A stretch of 64,000 nt of DNA from Christensenellaceae bacterium (GCA_045651725.1 JAZRSX010000002.1:136-64135); one strand, 5' to 3'; shown: positions 28,384 to 36,773, numbered from the stretch's first letter. A program made the numbers and translations. Notes: a model not told the origin generated them from the letters alone.

Positions 28384-29583
28384 TTATTTGCCAAATGCAA
28401 CTGCAAGCGTGTCTCTTGCAATAACAAGTTCTTCGTTTGTAGGAATAACCAAAACTTTAACTTTGCTATTTTCAGCACTTATTTCGTTTATACCGCTTTT
28501 TCTTTCAGCGTTTTTATTATCGTCAATTTCAATACCTAAATATTCTAAACCAGAACAAATAGATTTTCTAATATAACCGTCGTTTTCGCCAACGCCTGCC
28601 GTAAATACAAGGCAGTCGATACCGCCCATAACCGCAGAGTATGAACCAACGTATTTTTTAGTGCTATAAGCAAAGATGTCAAGCGCAAGCGCTGCCCTTT
28701 CGTTGCCTTCTTTTTTAGCAGAAGATAAATCTCTAAAATCAGAAGAAACACCGCTTATACCAAGAACGCCTGATTTTTTGTTGCAATAGTTGATTGCAGT
28801 TGCAATGTCGCAATCTAATTTCTTCATTAAGAATTCAATTATTGCAGGGTCGATATCGCCTGAACGCGTACCCATAGGAATACCGCCAAGTGGGGTAAAA
28901 CTCATAGTAGTGTCCATACACTTGCCGTCTTTAACCGCGCTAATTGAAGATCCGTTACCAAGGTGACAAGTTACGATTTTACTGCTTTTGCCTTCTAAAC
29001 CAAGGTATTTGATTGCTTCGCTAGAAACGAACCTATGGCTTGTGCCGTGGAAACCGTATCTTCTAATTTTATAGTTTTCATACGCTTCGTATGGTAAACC
29101 GAAGATATAGGCTTGTTTTGGCATTGTGTTGTGGAAAGTCGTATCAAAAACGCCGACCATCGGAGTGTTTGGCATTACTTGTTTGCACGCTTTAACGCCC
29201 GCGATGTTTGCAGGTTGGTGAAGTGGCGCAAATTCAGTAAGAGATAAGCACTTTTCAATGTTTTCTTCCGTCATTAAGATAGGTCCGTCAAAAACTTCGC
29301 CACTGTGAACTATTCTATGGCCAACGGCACTAATTTCGTCCATTGAATTTAAAACGCCGTATTCTTTGTTAACAAGCGCGTCTAAAACGAGTTTAATTGC
29401 TTCTTGGTGAGTTGGCATATCTTGGTTTATAACCGTTTCAACGCCGTTTGCCTTATGTTTTAAAACGGACTTGTCTATACCTATTCTTTCGCAAAGACCT
29501 TTAGCGATAACGCCTTCCGTTTCCATATCAATAAGTTGATATTTGAGTGATGAACTACCTGCATTTATTACTAAAACTTTCAT
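28384..29583 (-). CDS. ackA: Acetate kinase
   Basis: VLVINAGSSSLKYQL, RRYGFHGTSH. Confidence 0.95.
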   Translation of the reverse strand: MKVLVINAGSSSLKYQLIDMETEGVIAKGLCERIGIDKSVLKHKANGVETVINQDMPTHQEAIKLVLDALVNKEYGVLNSMDEISAVGHRIVHSGEVFDGPILMTEENIEKCLSLTEFAPLHQPANIAGVKACKQVMPNTPMVGVFDTTFHNTMPKQAYIFGLPYEAYENYKIRRYGFHGTSHRFVSSEAIKYLGLEGKSSKIVTCHLGNGSSISAVKDGKCMDTTMSFTPLGGIPMGTRSGDIDPAIIEFLMKKLDCDIATAINYCNKKSGVLGISGVSSDFRDLSSAKKEGNERAALALDIFAYSTKKYVGSYSAVMGGIDCLVFTAGVGENDGYIRKSICSGLEYLGIEIDDNKNAERKSGINEISAENSKVKVLVIPTNEELVIARDTLAVAFGK

Positions 29584-29592
29584 AACTTCTCC

Positions 29593-30621
29593 TTAAATTT
29601 GAGTTTGTAAAGCAGTGATTGCTACTGCCGCAACGATATCTTCTACACCGCAACCGCGCGATAAGTCGTTAATAGGTTTAGCAAGACCTTGGCAAAGTGG
29701 TCCAACGGCTTGGAAACCGCCAAGTCTTTCAGTGTTTTTATAGTTGCTGTTACCAGCGTCAAGGTCAGGGAAAATCATAACGTTTGCGTGACCTGCAACA
29801 GTTGAGCCCGGCGCTTTTGATTTAGCAACGTCAGGAACGATAGCCGCGTCAAATTGCAATTCGCCGTCGGCATTGTATTCAGGCGCAATTTCTTTAAAGA
29901 TTTTAACAGCGTCAGTAACCTTGTTTACGTCAGCGTGTTTTGCGCTACCCTTCGTAGAGTGAGAAATGAACGCAATTCTTGGTTCAACGTTAGCGATATT
30001 TTTAGCACTTTTTGCAGAAGAAAGCGCGATATATGCAAGTTCTTCGCTAGTTGGGTTTTGGTTAAGCCCGCTATCAGCGTAAATATAGCAACCGTCTTCA
30101 CAATACTTGTTTCCGCAAGGTGGCGCAATCATTAAAAAGTAAGCCGAAACCATTTTTTCGCCCGGTGCAGTTTTGATAACTTGAAGACCTGGACGAAGAG
30201 TGTTTGCAGTTGAGTGGCAAGCGCCCGAAACCATACCGTCAACGTCGTCAAGTTTAAGCATTAACGCGCCGTACATAGTATAGTCTTTTAAAATATACGC
30301 CTTTGCATCTTCAACCGTTGGATATTCGTCAAGCCCCGTCTTTTTATTTATTTTTCCCTTTCTTAATTCAAAAAGCGTTTGAGCGTAAGTTTCCGTCTTT
30401 TCGTAAGTTTCAGGGTCGATAATAGTAACGCCCGTAAGGTCAACGCCTTCGTTACTTGCAAGAATAGTTTTTTCGTTGCCTAATAAAACGATTTTTGCAA
30501 CGTTTTCTTTTACTGTTTTAACGGCAGCTTCTACTACGCGCTTGTCTTCACTTTCAGGCAAAACGATTGTTTTGCAAAGTTTAGATGCTCTACTTTTAAT
30601 GTCTTGTAAAATATCTTTCAT
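29593..30621 (-). CDS. pta: Phosphate acetyltransferase
   Basis: Short-form Pta (PTA_PTB domain) immediately upstream of ackA. Confidence 0.92.
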   Translation of the reverse strand: MKDILQDIKSRASKLCKTIVLPESEDKRVVEAAVKTVKENVAKIVLLGNEKTILASNEGVDLTGVTIIDPETYEKTETYAQTLFELRKGKINKKTGLDEYPTVEDAKAYILKDYTMYGALMLKLDDVDGMVSGACHSTANTLRPGLQVIKTAPGEKMVSAYFLMIAPPCGNKYCEDGCYIYADSGLNQNPTSEELAYIALSSAKSAKNIANVEPRIAFISHSTKGSAKHADVNKVTDAVKIFKEIAPEYNADGELQFDAAIVPDVAKSKAPGSTVAGHANVMIFPDLDAGNSNYKNTERLGGFQAVGPLCQGLAKPINDLSRGCGVEDIVAAVAITALQTQI

Positions 30622-30732
30622 AAAACTCTCCTCTTAATGCTTTATTATTTTTCAATTTTGGTGTATTATATAAATATAACACAAACACATTATCTATTAT
30701 ATAACAATATTTACTAAAAGTAAATAAATAAA

Positions 30733-31920
30733 ATGGGTATAAAGGGGGTAATTTTGAAAATTTGTTTCGTAATTTGCGAATATAACCCGTTTCACAACGG
30801 TCATTTATTGCATTTAAACCACGTAAATAAAAATTTGAAACCCGATGCAACCGTATGTTTAATGAGTGGCAATTTTACTCAACGCGGTGATATTGCCGTT
30901 TTAGACAAGTTTACAAGAGCAACCCAAGCAGTGCGCGCGGGTGCGGATATGGTGCTAGAACTTCCAACCGTTTTTGCAACGGCTAACGCCGAAATTTTTG
31001 CAAAGGGCGCAATTAAAATTATGGCGTCTATTTGCGCAAACAAAACTCTTTGCTTTGGCGCGGAAACGGATAACCCTAGCGACATTTTTTTTGCGCTTGA
31101 CGAAACGCTTTACGAAAGCGACGAATTTAAACAAGAACTAAAAAAGCAACTAAAAAGCGGTTCGTCTTTTGCAAAGGCGCGTTCTACGGCAATTCTGTCG
31201 CTATCAAAAGTAGATAAAAACGTTTTAACAAAACCCAACAATATTTTAGGGCTTGAATACGTTAAAGCCATTAAAAAATGTGGCGACGATATCGTGGTTA
31301 ACGTCTTTAAAAGGCAAGGCTCAAATTATAACGACAGCGCGCTAAACGGCGAACTTTCTTCGGCTACGTCTATAAGAAACGCTATAAAAAACGGCGATTA
31401 CAGTAACTTGTTAAAGGCTATTCCCGACTTTTGCAAAGACGATTTGCCAAAGAGTTTGCCTAATATTGACGGGCTACTTGCCTACGCTTTAACAAGCGCT
31501 AAAAAAGAATTTATATCTAGCGTTCAAGATTGTAGCGAAGGTTTAGAAAACTCAATTAAAAAGGCGGTGCAAACCAACTTTACCTTTAACGATATAGTAA
31601 CCGCCGTAAAAAGCAAGCGGTATACCGAAACAAGAATAAAGCGAATTTTAATTTCTACCCTATTAAAAATTGACAAAGTTTTTATTAAAGACTGTTTATC
31701 AAACGACTTATATTACAAAGTTTTGGCAATAAAAAAAGATAGGCTAGACCTTTTAAACGTTTTATCTAAAAGTAAATATCCGCTTATTACAAGAAAAGGC
31801 GACGAACAAAACCTTTCGCCCGTTGCAAAACTCTGCTTTTTAAAAGACTGTTTTGCAAGTAGCGTTTACCAAATTGCAACTAACAAAAAACTAAACGATT
31901 ACGAAATGAAAAAAGTGTAA
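30733..31920 (+). CDS. tmcAL: tRNA(Met) cytidine acetate ligase (YlbM/DUF795 nucleotidyltransferase)
   Basis: ICEYNPFHNGHLLHL. TTG at 30754, preceded by AAGGGGG, is a plausible true start. Confidence 0.85.
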   Translation: MGIKGVILKICFVICEYNPFHNGHLLHLNHVNKNLKPDATVCLMSGNFTQRGDIAVLDKFTRATQAVRAGADMVLELPTVFATANAEIFAKGAIKIMASICANKTLCFGAETDNPSDIFFALDETLYESDEFKQELKKQLKSGSSFAKARSTAILSLSKVDKNVLTKPNNILGLEYVKAIKKCGDDIVVNVFKRQGSNYNDSALNGELSSATSIRNAIKNGDYSNLLKAIPDFCKDDLPKSLPNIDGLLAYALTSAKKEFISSVQDCSEGLENSIKKAVQTNFTFNDIVTAVKSKRYTETRIKRILISTLLKIDKVFIKDCLSNDLYYKVLAIKKDRLDLLNVLSKSKYPLITRKGDEQNLSPVAKLCFLKDCFASSVYQIATNKKLNDYEMKKV

Positions 31921-32024
31921 CACCCGTTACACTTTTTTGTTTTATTTCGTTTATTTTACGGTTTTATTTTAAAAGCCGTTTAAATTTAGTTGTTAAAAAT
32001 TATTATTTATTTTATAATTTATAT

Positions 32025-32600
32025 ATGAAAACACTTGTAGTAGCCTCTTCAAACAAGGGCAAATTAAAAGAAATAGAGCAAATTTTTGGAAAGTTTTACA
32101 ACGTTATTCCTATGGCGGAACTTGGCTTTAACAAAGAAATTGAAGAAAACGGAAAAACTTTTTTTGAAAACGCCTTAATAAAGGCAAAAACCGTTTGCAA
32201 AACGCTTAACGTGGACGCGCTTGCCGACGATAGCGGTTTAGCGGTTGACGTTTTAAACGGCGCGCCTGGAATTTACAGCGCAAGGTATTCGGGCGCTCAT
32301 GGAAACGATGCTTTAAACAGACGACTTTTACTTAAAAATTTAGACGGAGTAACTAATAGAAAAGCAAAGTTTATATCTTCCGTAGTGCTTTATAAAACGG
32401 ACGGCACTTTCGTTGAAGGCTATGGCGAAACTAACGGAACTATTTTATTTAAAGAAGACGGCGAAAACGGTTTTGGCTATGACAGTTTGTTTTTTAGCGA
32501 CGATTTGCAAAAGTCGTTTGGCGTTGCTACGGCGGAAGAAAAAAATGCGGTAAGCCACAGATATCGCGCGCTTATCGACCTTTACTCTAAAATAAAATGA
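32025..32600 (+). CDS. rdgB: Non-canonical purine NTP pyrophosphatase (RdgB/HAM1)
   Basis: ASSNKGKLKE, DDSGL.VD.LNGAPGIYSARY, FGYD.LF. Confidence 0.92.
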   Translation: MKTLVVASSNKGKLKEIEQIFGKFYNVIPMAELGFNKEIEENGKTFFENALIKAKTVCKTLNVDALADDSGLAVDVLNGAPGIYSARYSGAHGNDALNRRLLLKNLDGVTNRKAKFISSVVLYKTDGTFVEGYGETNGTILFKEDGENGFGYDSLFFSDDLQKSFGVATAEEKNAVSHRYRALIDLYSKIK

Positions 32601-33076
32601 GTGCCGTTATAACTGTTTTTTCGGATAGCCACAATAACGCGCTTGCCGTAAAAAGTTTGCAAAGCGATTTTTTACGAAGCGACTATATTTTCTATTTGGG
32701 CGACGGAATTTACGATATTAAAGACTATTATTTTGAATATCTAAACAAGTTTTTTGCAGTTGAAGGCAACTGCGACGGTTATAGTTTAAACCCGTCCGAA
32801 ATTATAACGGAAATTGAAGGCGTTAAAATTCTTGCCGTTCACGGGCATAAATTTTTAGTTAAGCAAGGGCTAGACCGCCTAGTATCTTACGCAAAGCAAA
32901 AAAATTGTAGGCTTGTTTTTTACGGGCATACACACTTACCGCTTGTAAGTATTATAGACGGCGTTACTCTTATAAACCCCGGCACGGTATCTTTATACGG
33001 AAATACCCCTACTTTTTGCCGTGTAACCATAAAGGATAAAATTATAACCCCTAAAATTATCCCTATAAAATTTTAA
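32597..33076 (+). CDS. YfcE/MJ0936 family metallophosphoesterase
   Basis: SDSHNN, GDG..., GNCD and GHTH motifs; overlaps the rdgB stop by 4 nt. Confidence 0.88.
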   Translation: MSAVITVFSDSHNNALAVKSLQSDFLRSDYIFYLGDGIYDIKDYYFEYLNKFFAVEGNCDGYSLNPSEIITEIEGVKILAVHGHKFLVKQGLDRLVSYAKQKNCRLVFYGHTHLPLVSIIDGVTLINPGTVSLYGNTPTFCRVTIKDKIITPKIIPIKF

Positions 33077-33110
33077 AATAAAAAAATTTGCAAAACAAGG
33101 CTAAATTTGA

Positions 33111-33139
33111 TTGACAATAATATGTTGTTTTGCTATAAT
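33111..33139 (+). promoter_or_regulatory. Consensus SigA promoter of the tRNA operon
   Basis: TTGACA-17 nt-TATAAT with an extended TGc; the -10 ends about 22 nt before tRNA-Gly. Confidence 0.85.
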
Positions 33140-33161
33140 CATTTGGCATTGTGAAAGAAGT

Positions 33162-33235
33162 GCGGGTGTAGTTCAATGGTAGAACACCAGCCTTCCAAGC
33201 TGGTTGCGTGGGTCCGATTCCCATCACCCGCTCCA
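33162..33235 (+). tRNA. tRNA-Gly (anticodon UCC)
   Basis: GCGGGTG acceptor, anticodon arm CCAGC-CTTCCAA-GCTGG, encoded CCA. Confidence 0.93.
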
Positions 33236-33282
33236 ATCACGGCCGAAAGCAGTCGCCAAGAAACACCACTCAGACACAATAT

Positions 33283-33359
33283 GCGCCAGTAGCTCAGCTG
33301 GATAGAGCACCGCCCTTCTAAGGCGGGTGTCAGGGGTTCGAGTCCCTTCTGGCGCGCCA
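33283..33359 (+). tRNA. tRNA-Arg (anticodon UCU)
   Basis: GCGCCAG acceptor, CCGCC-CTTCTAA-GGCGG, GGTTCGAGTCC T-arm, encoded CCA. Confidence 0.93.
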
Positions 33360-33368
33360 AATATAAAT

Positions 33369-33445
33369 GGCGAGAGTAGCTCAATCGGTGGAGCGCCAGA
33401 TTGTGGTCCTGGAGGTCGTGGGTTCGATTCCCATCTCTCGCCCCA
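33369..33445 (+). tRNA. tRNA-His (anticodon GUG)
   Basis: 8-bp acceptor with extra G-1 (GGCGAGAG/CTCTCGCC), anticodon loop TTGTGGT, encoded CCA. Confidence 0.9.
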
Positions 33446-33459
33446 TATATATCAATCGT

Positions 33460-33534
33460 TGGGGTGTCGCCAAGCGGTAAGGCACCGGATTTTGATTCCG
33501 GTATTCGTAGGTTCAAATCCTGCCACCCCAGCCA
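33460..33534 (+). tRNA. tRNA-Gln (anticodon UUG)
   Basis: TGGGGTG/CACCCCA acceptor, CCGGA-TTTTGAT-TCCGG, encoded CCA. Confidence 0.92.
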
Positions 33535-33548
33535 AAAAAACTTAATAT

Positions 33549-33624
33549 GGTCCACTAGCTCAGGCGGTAGAGCACTTGACTTTTAATCAAGTTGTCCGGG
33601 GTTCGAGTCCCCGCTGGATCACCA
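33549..33624 (+). tRNA. tRNA-Lys (anticodon UUU)
   Basis: CTTGA-CTTTTAA-TCAAG anticodon arm, GGTTCGAGTCC T-arm, encoded CCA. One mismatch at the base of the acceptor stem. Confidence 0.85.
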
Positions 33625-33659
33625 TTTTTAGGGGGTTATCTAACCCCGTAAAAATATAT

Positions 33660-33735
33660 GCGCCTTTAGCTCAGTTGGTAGAGCAACTGACTCTTAATCA
33701 GTGGGTCCGGAGTTCGAGTCTCCGAAGGCGCACCA
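33660..33735 (+). tRNA. tRNA-Lys (anticodon CUU)
   Basis: GCGCCTT/AAGGCGC acceptor, ACTGA-CTCTTAA-TCAGT, GGAGTTCGAGTCTCC T-arm, encoded CCA. Confidence 0.93.
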
Positions 33736-33743
33736 GAAAGCAA
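33720..33743 (+). repeat. Direct repeat copy 1 (3' end of tRNA-Lys-CUU plus 8 nt)
   Basis: CTCCGAAGGCGCACCAGAAAGCAA; identical to 33983-34006. Confidence 0.95.
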
Positions 33744-33763
33744 ACTTTTAGTTTGCTTTTTTT
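33737..33763 (+). terminator. Terminator of the tRNA operon
   Basis: AAAGCAAAC-tttta-GTTTGCTTT plus a T-run. Confidence 0.8.
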
Positions 33764-33982
33764 ATTTTTCGTTAGAGACTCGAACTACGTCTTGCTTCCC
33801 CTTGATGTGCAAGGGGAAGTGTCGCTACAAAGCGACGATAGGGATTAGTCCTTAATGCTAACTGTTTCGCAAATACCTATCACAATCCCTTCCGTCAACT
33901 GCGTTGCCACCTTCCCTTTCAGCTAAAGGGAAGGCAAGATTTTTAGGGGGATAGTTGACACTCCCCTTAACAAGGGGAATTA

Positions 33983-34006
33983 CTCCGAAGGCGCACCAGA
34001 AAGCAA
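33983..34006 (+). repeat. Direct repeat copy 2 (orphan tRNA-Lys 3' end; att-like scar)
   Basis: CTCCGAAGGCGCACCAGAAAGCAA with no tRNA body upstream. It is followed by its own hairpin AAAGCAAG-tttaaccga-CTTGCTTT. Confidence 0.95.
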
Positions 34007-34025
34007 GTTTAACCGACTTGCTTTT

Positions 34026-34481
34026 TTATTTTAAATTTATTAAAACTTTTTTCTTTTTTACGGCATACTTATACGCTTTATATGCACCAGAATTTTCTTT
34101 TGGCTCTACATAAAAGACCGCAATATCACTTCTGTCTATCATTGCACAATTGCGACAATATATTCTTTGATACCACCAATCAAAGTCTAAATCTAAATAT
34201 ACAAATTCTTCATAATCTTCATCTTTTAGCCATCTTGGTCTTTTACTAACTCTTTGGTGTCTTGGGTCTAATAAACAATAAATTCTTTTTATATGAGGAT
34301 ATTTTTCTTTTAGTTTTGTAACAACTTTATGACACAAATCATCAAACATTCCAAATCCCCCAAAATAAAAGAACTCACAACCTTTATTTATTATATCTTC
34401 AAATGTTACAAAAAGTTTTTGCTCTAACTCTTGAGTAATCTCTATTTCACTATGACCAAACACCGAACAAAATTCTATCAT
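34026..34481 (-). CDS. SLOG-superfamily protein (DUF1273/YpsA-like)
   Basis: Block order matches B. subtilis YpsA: FGHSEIEI, FYFGGFGMFDDLCHKV, EKYPHIKRIYCLLD, IDRSDIAVFYVEP..SGAYKAYKYA. The composition is CpG-poor. Confidence 0.65.
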   Translation of the reverse strand: MIEFCSVFGHSEIEITQELEQKLFVTFEDIINKGCEFFYFGGFGMFDDLCHKVVTKLKEKYPHIKRIYCLLDPRHQRVSKRPRWLKDEDYEEFVYLDLDFDWWYQRIYCRNCAMIDRSDIAVFYVEPKENSGAYKAYKYAVKKKKVLINLK

Positions 34482-34607
34482 AATACATTCCTTTTATAGT
34501 TATACATAACCATAATTACTATAACATATTAATATGGTTGTATGCAACCATACATAAATTTTTTCTTTTAGTAAAATATAGTTATATACAACTATAAGGG
34601 AATATTT

Positions 34608-34853
34608 ATGAATAATAACGTAAACAGAGCTGTTGCTTTGCGAATTACTCAACTACTAAAAGAAAAGAACATGACTCAATATAGATTGGCAATGAATAGT
34701 GGCATCACTCATTCAACTTTAAAAAATATAATACACGAAACAGTGAAAGACAATTTGCTATCTACTGTAATTTTAATTGCCTCTGGCTTTGATATGACTG
34801 TAAGCGAATTTTTAGATAGTCCATTGTTTTTAGAAGAAAATCTTAATATATAA
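34608..34853 (+). CDS. XRE-family HTH regulator
   Basis: RITQLLKEKNMTQYRLAMNSGITHSTLKNII. Divergent from the SLOG gene; ATGGTTG-tatg-CAACCAT inverted repeat at 34534-34551 in the shared intergenic region. Confidence 0.85.
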   Translation: MNNNVNRAVALRITQLLKEKNMTQYRLAMNSGITHSTLKNIIHETVKDNLLSTVILIASGFDMTVSEFLDSPLFLEENLNI

Positions 34854-34989
34854 ATAAAAACCTTTAAACCACCATTAACTTGGTGGTTTTTGTTTGTCTT
34901 ACACACCTTAAACTTTACTTAACACCCCGCCTTTCAGTTAAAGAAACGGCTTATTTTATCGTGTTTTTGCTTTTATCTATACAAAGTTG

Positions 34990-35047
34990 TTGACAAAAAT
35001 AAGCGTTGCTAGTATAATTAGTATGAAAAGTATAACTAATTATACTA
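34990..35047 (+). promoter_or_regulatory. Consensus promoter overlapped by a perfect 13-bp inverted repeat (operator)
   Basis: TTGACA (34990-95)-17 nt-TATAAT (35013-18). TAGTATAATTAGT (35010-22) and ACTAATTATACTA (35035-47) are exact reverse complements separated by 12 nt. Confidence 0.8.
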
Positions 35048-35084
35048 ATTAAAAATGAAAAATATATTTATAAAAGGTAATACT

Positions 35085-35270
35085 ATGAAAGATAAATTTA
35101 TAGGAATTTGTAAAGTTGGCGAAAAGGGGCAAATTGTTATACCGAAAGAGGCGCGCGAAATGTTTGACATTAAAAGTGGCGATTCCGTCGTTGTTTTGTG
35201 CGATAAAATCAAAGGTATGGCAATAGTAAAATCTAGCGTTTTAGAAGATTTAACAAACGATTTAATATAG
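35085..35270 (+). CDS. AbrB/SpoVT-family DNA-binding protein
   Basis: KVGEKGQIVIPKEAREMFDIKSGD. ATG 35085 follows AAAGGTAA; the track start at 35055 lacks an SD. Confidence 0.85.
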   Translation: MKDKFIGICKVGEKGQIVIPKEAREMFDIKSGDSVVVLCDKIKGMAIVKSSVLEDLTNDLI

Positions 35271-35276
35271 GTAAAT

Positions 35277-35990
35277 ATGAAAGCAATAGTTGTTGAAAAT
35301 ATTTATAAAAATTATAAACAAGTAAAGGCGCTTCAAGGCGTTTCACTTTCCATAGACTGTGGCGAATTATACGGTTTATTAGGCGTAAACGGCGCAGGCA
35401 AAACGACTTTAACTAACGTTTTGTGCGGTTTAACTCAAAAAACTAGCGGTAAAGCCACTGTTTTAGGGTTTGATTTAGACGAAAACTTACATGAAATTAA
35501 AAAGATTTTAGACGTTTCGCCACAAGAAACTTCAATAGCGTTAAACCTTACCGTAAAAGAAAATTTAGAATTTTTTGCAAGCGTTTACGGTGTTTTAGAC
35601 CAAGAATACCTTAACGAACTTATCTCTACTTTTAATCTACAAGAAGTTGAAAGCGTTAGAGCCAAAAACCTTTCGGGCGGATTTAAAAGGCGTCTTTCTA
35701 TTGCAATCGCCTTAATTTCTAAACCTAAAATTTTGTTTTTAGACGAACCTACGCTTGGTTTAGACATACTTGCAAGGCGTGAACTTTGGAAAATTATTAA
35801 CAAGTTAAAAGGCAAAATTACCATAATTTTAACGTCACATTACCTAGAAGAAATAGAGGCTCTTTGCGATAGGGTTGCAATATTAAAAAAGGGCAAACTT
35901 TTAGCCGTTGGCACTACTGACGAATTAAAGCAAAAAACAAAAACCGCCACCTTTGAAGACGCGTTTGTAAAAATAATAGAGGATAACTAA
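35277..35990 (+). CDS. ABC-2 type exporter ATP-binding protein
   Basis: GVNGAGKTT, LSGGFKRRLSIAIAL, LFLDEPTLGLD. Confidence 0.92.
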   Translation: MKAIVVENIYKNYKQVKALQGVSLSIDCGELYGLLGVNGAGKTTLTNVLCGLTQKTSGKATVLGFDLDENLHEIKKILDVSPQETSIALNLTVKENLEFFASVYGVLDQEYLNELISTFNLQEVESVRAKNLSGGFKRRLSIAIALISKPKILFLDEPTLGLDILARRELWKIINKLKGKITIILTSHYLEEIEALCDRVAILKKGKLLAVGTTDELKQKTKTATFEDAFVKIIEDN

Positions 35991-35991
35991 A

Positions 35992-36771
35992 ATGAATAGA
36001 ACGATAAATTTTGCAAAAAGAAATTTTAAGGAAATGCTACGCGACCCTATTATATATATTTTTTGTTTAGGGTTTCCCCTTGTAATGCTAATGCTATTTC
36101 AAATAATAAACGGTTATACAGACGGCAACACCCCTATGTTTTCGCTAAAAGCGTTATTCCCTGCCGTTATGATGTTTTCTTATACTTTCGTAATGCTACT
36201 TATGGCGCTTTTAGTTTCAAAAGACAGGCAAACGTCTTTTTTAAAAAGGCTTTACACTTCGCCTATGAAACCCGTTGAATTCGTGCTAGGCTACGCCGTT
36301 ACGGGCGTTATTATAGGCGTTTTACAAAGCGTTATAACGGTTGGTGTAAGTTATATTATATCCTTAATAACCAAAACTCAATTTACAAGTTTTTTAGGCT
36401 GTTTACTCGTTGTGTTAAGCCAAACGCCTGTGCTTTTAATTAGCGTGTTTTTAGGTATATTATTCGGCGTTTTACTAAACGATAAAAGCGCGCCGGGGAT
36501 ATGCTCTATATTCATTTCCGCATCAGGCGTTTTGGGTGGCTGTTGGATGCCGATAGAAAGTATGCAAGGCTTTGAAATTTTTTGTAGGTTTTTGCCCTTT
36601 TATCCGTCAGTTTATATAGGTAGGATATTTTCGGGCGCAACTAATATTTTTAACAGCGCCTACACCTTTAACCAAACGGCGATTTTAGGACTTATTACTA
36701 TATTTGCATTTCTAGTTTTAAGCGTAATTTCTTGCTTTATTGCGTTTTCTAAAACTATACGAAACAACTAA
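35992..36771 (+). CDS. ABC-2 type exporter permease
   Basis: Six predicted TM segments, immediately after the ATPase. Confidence 0.85.
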   Translation: MNRTINFAKRNFKEMLRDPIIYIFCLGFPLVMLMLFQIINGYTDGNTPMFSLKALFPAVMMFSYTFVMLLMALLVSKDRQTSFLKRLYTSPMKPVEFVLGYAVTGVIIGVLQSVITVGVSYIISLITKTQFTSFLGCLLVVLSQTPVLLISVFLGILFGVLLNDKSAPGICSIFISASGVLGGCWMPIESMQGFEIFCRFLPFYPSVYIGRIFSGATNIFNSAYTFNQTAILGLITIFAFLVLSVISCFIAFSKTIRNN

Positions 36772-36773
36772 AC

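Noticed and set aside
30596-30850. 84-aa minus-strand ORF spanning the pta / tmcAL divergent intergenic region
   Set aside because: It overlaps the pta start and the tmcAL start. It is most likely a promoter region, not coding.
33139-33848. Track ORFs 33139-33555 (-), 33327-33545 (+), 33401-33586 (+) and 33576-33848 (+)
   Set aside because: They lie entirely over the six-tRNA operon and its terminator. Their open frames come from GC-rich tRNA sequence, and there is no SD or coding signature.
33744-33982. Possibility that the structured segment after tRNA-Lys is a tmRNA, a split or intron-containing tRNA, or a retron/omega-type ncRNA
   Set aside because: There is no tag reading frame or tRNA-like acceptor/T-arm pairing for tmRNA. 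The tRNA-Lys upstream is already complete. No reverse transcriptase, IscB/TnpB or intron ORF is nearby. It is kept as an unexplained element in the findings.
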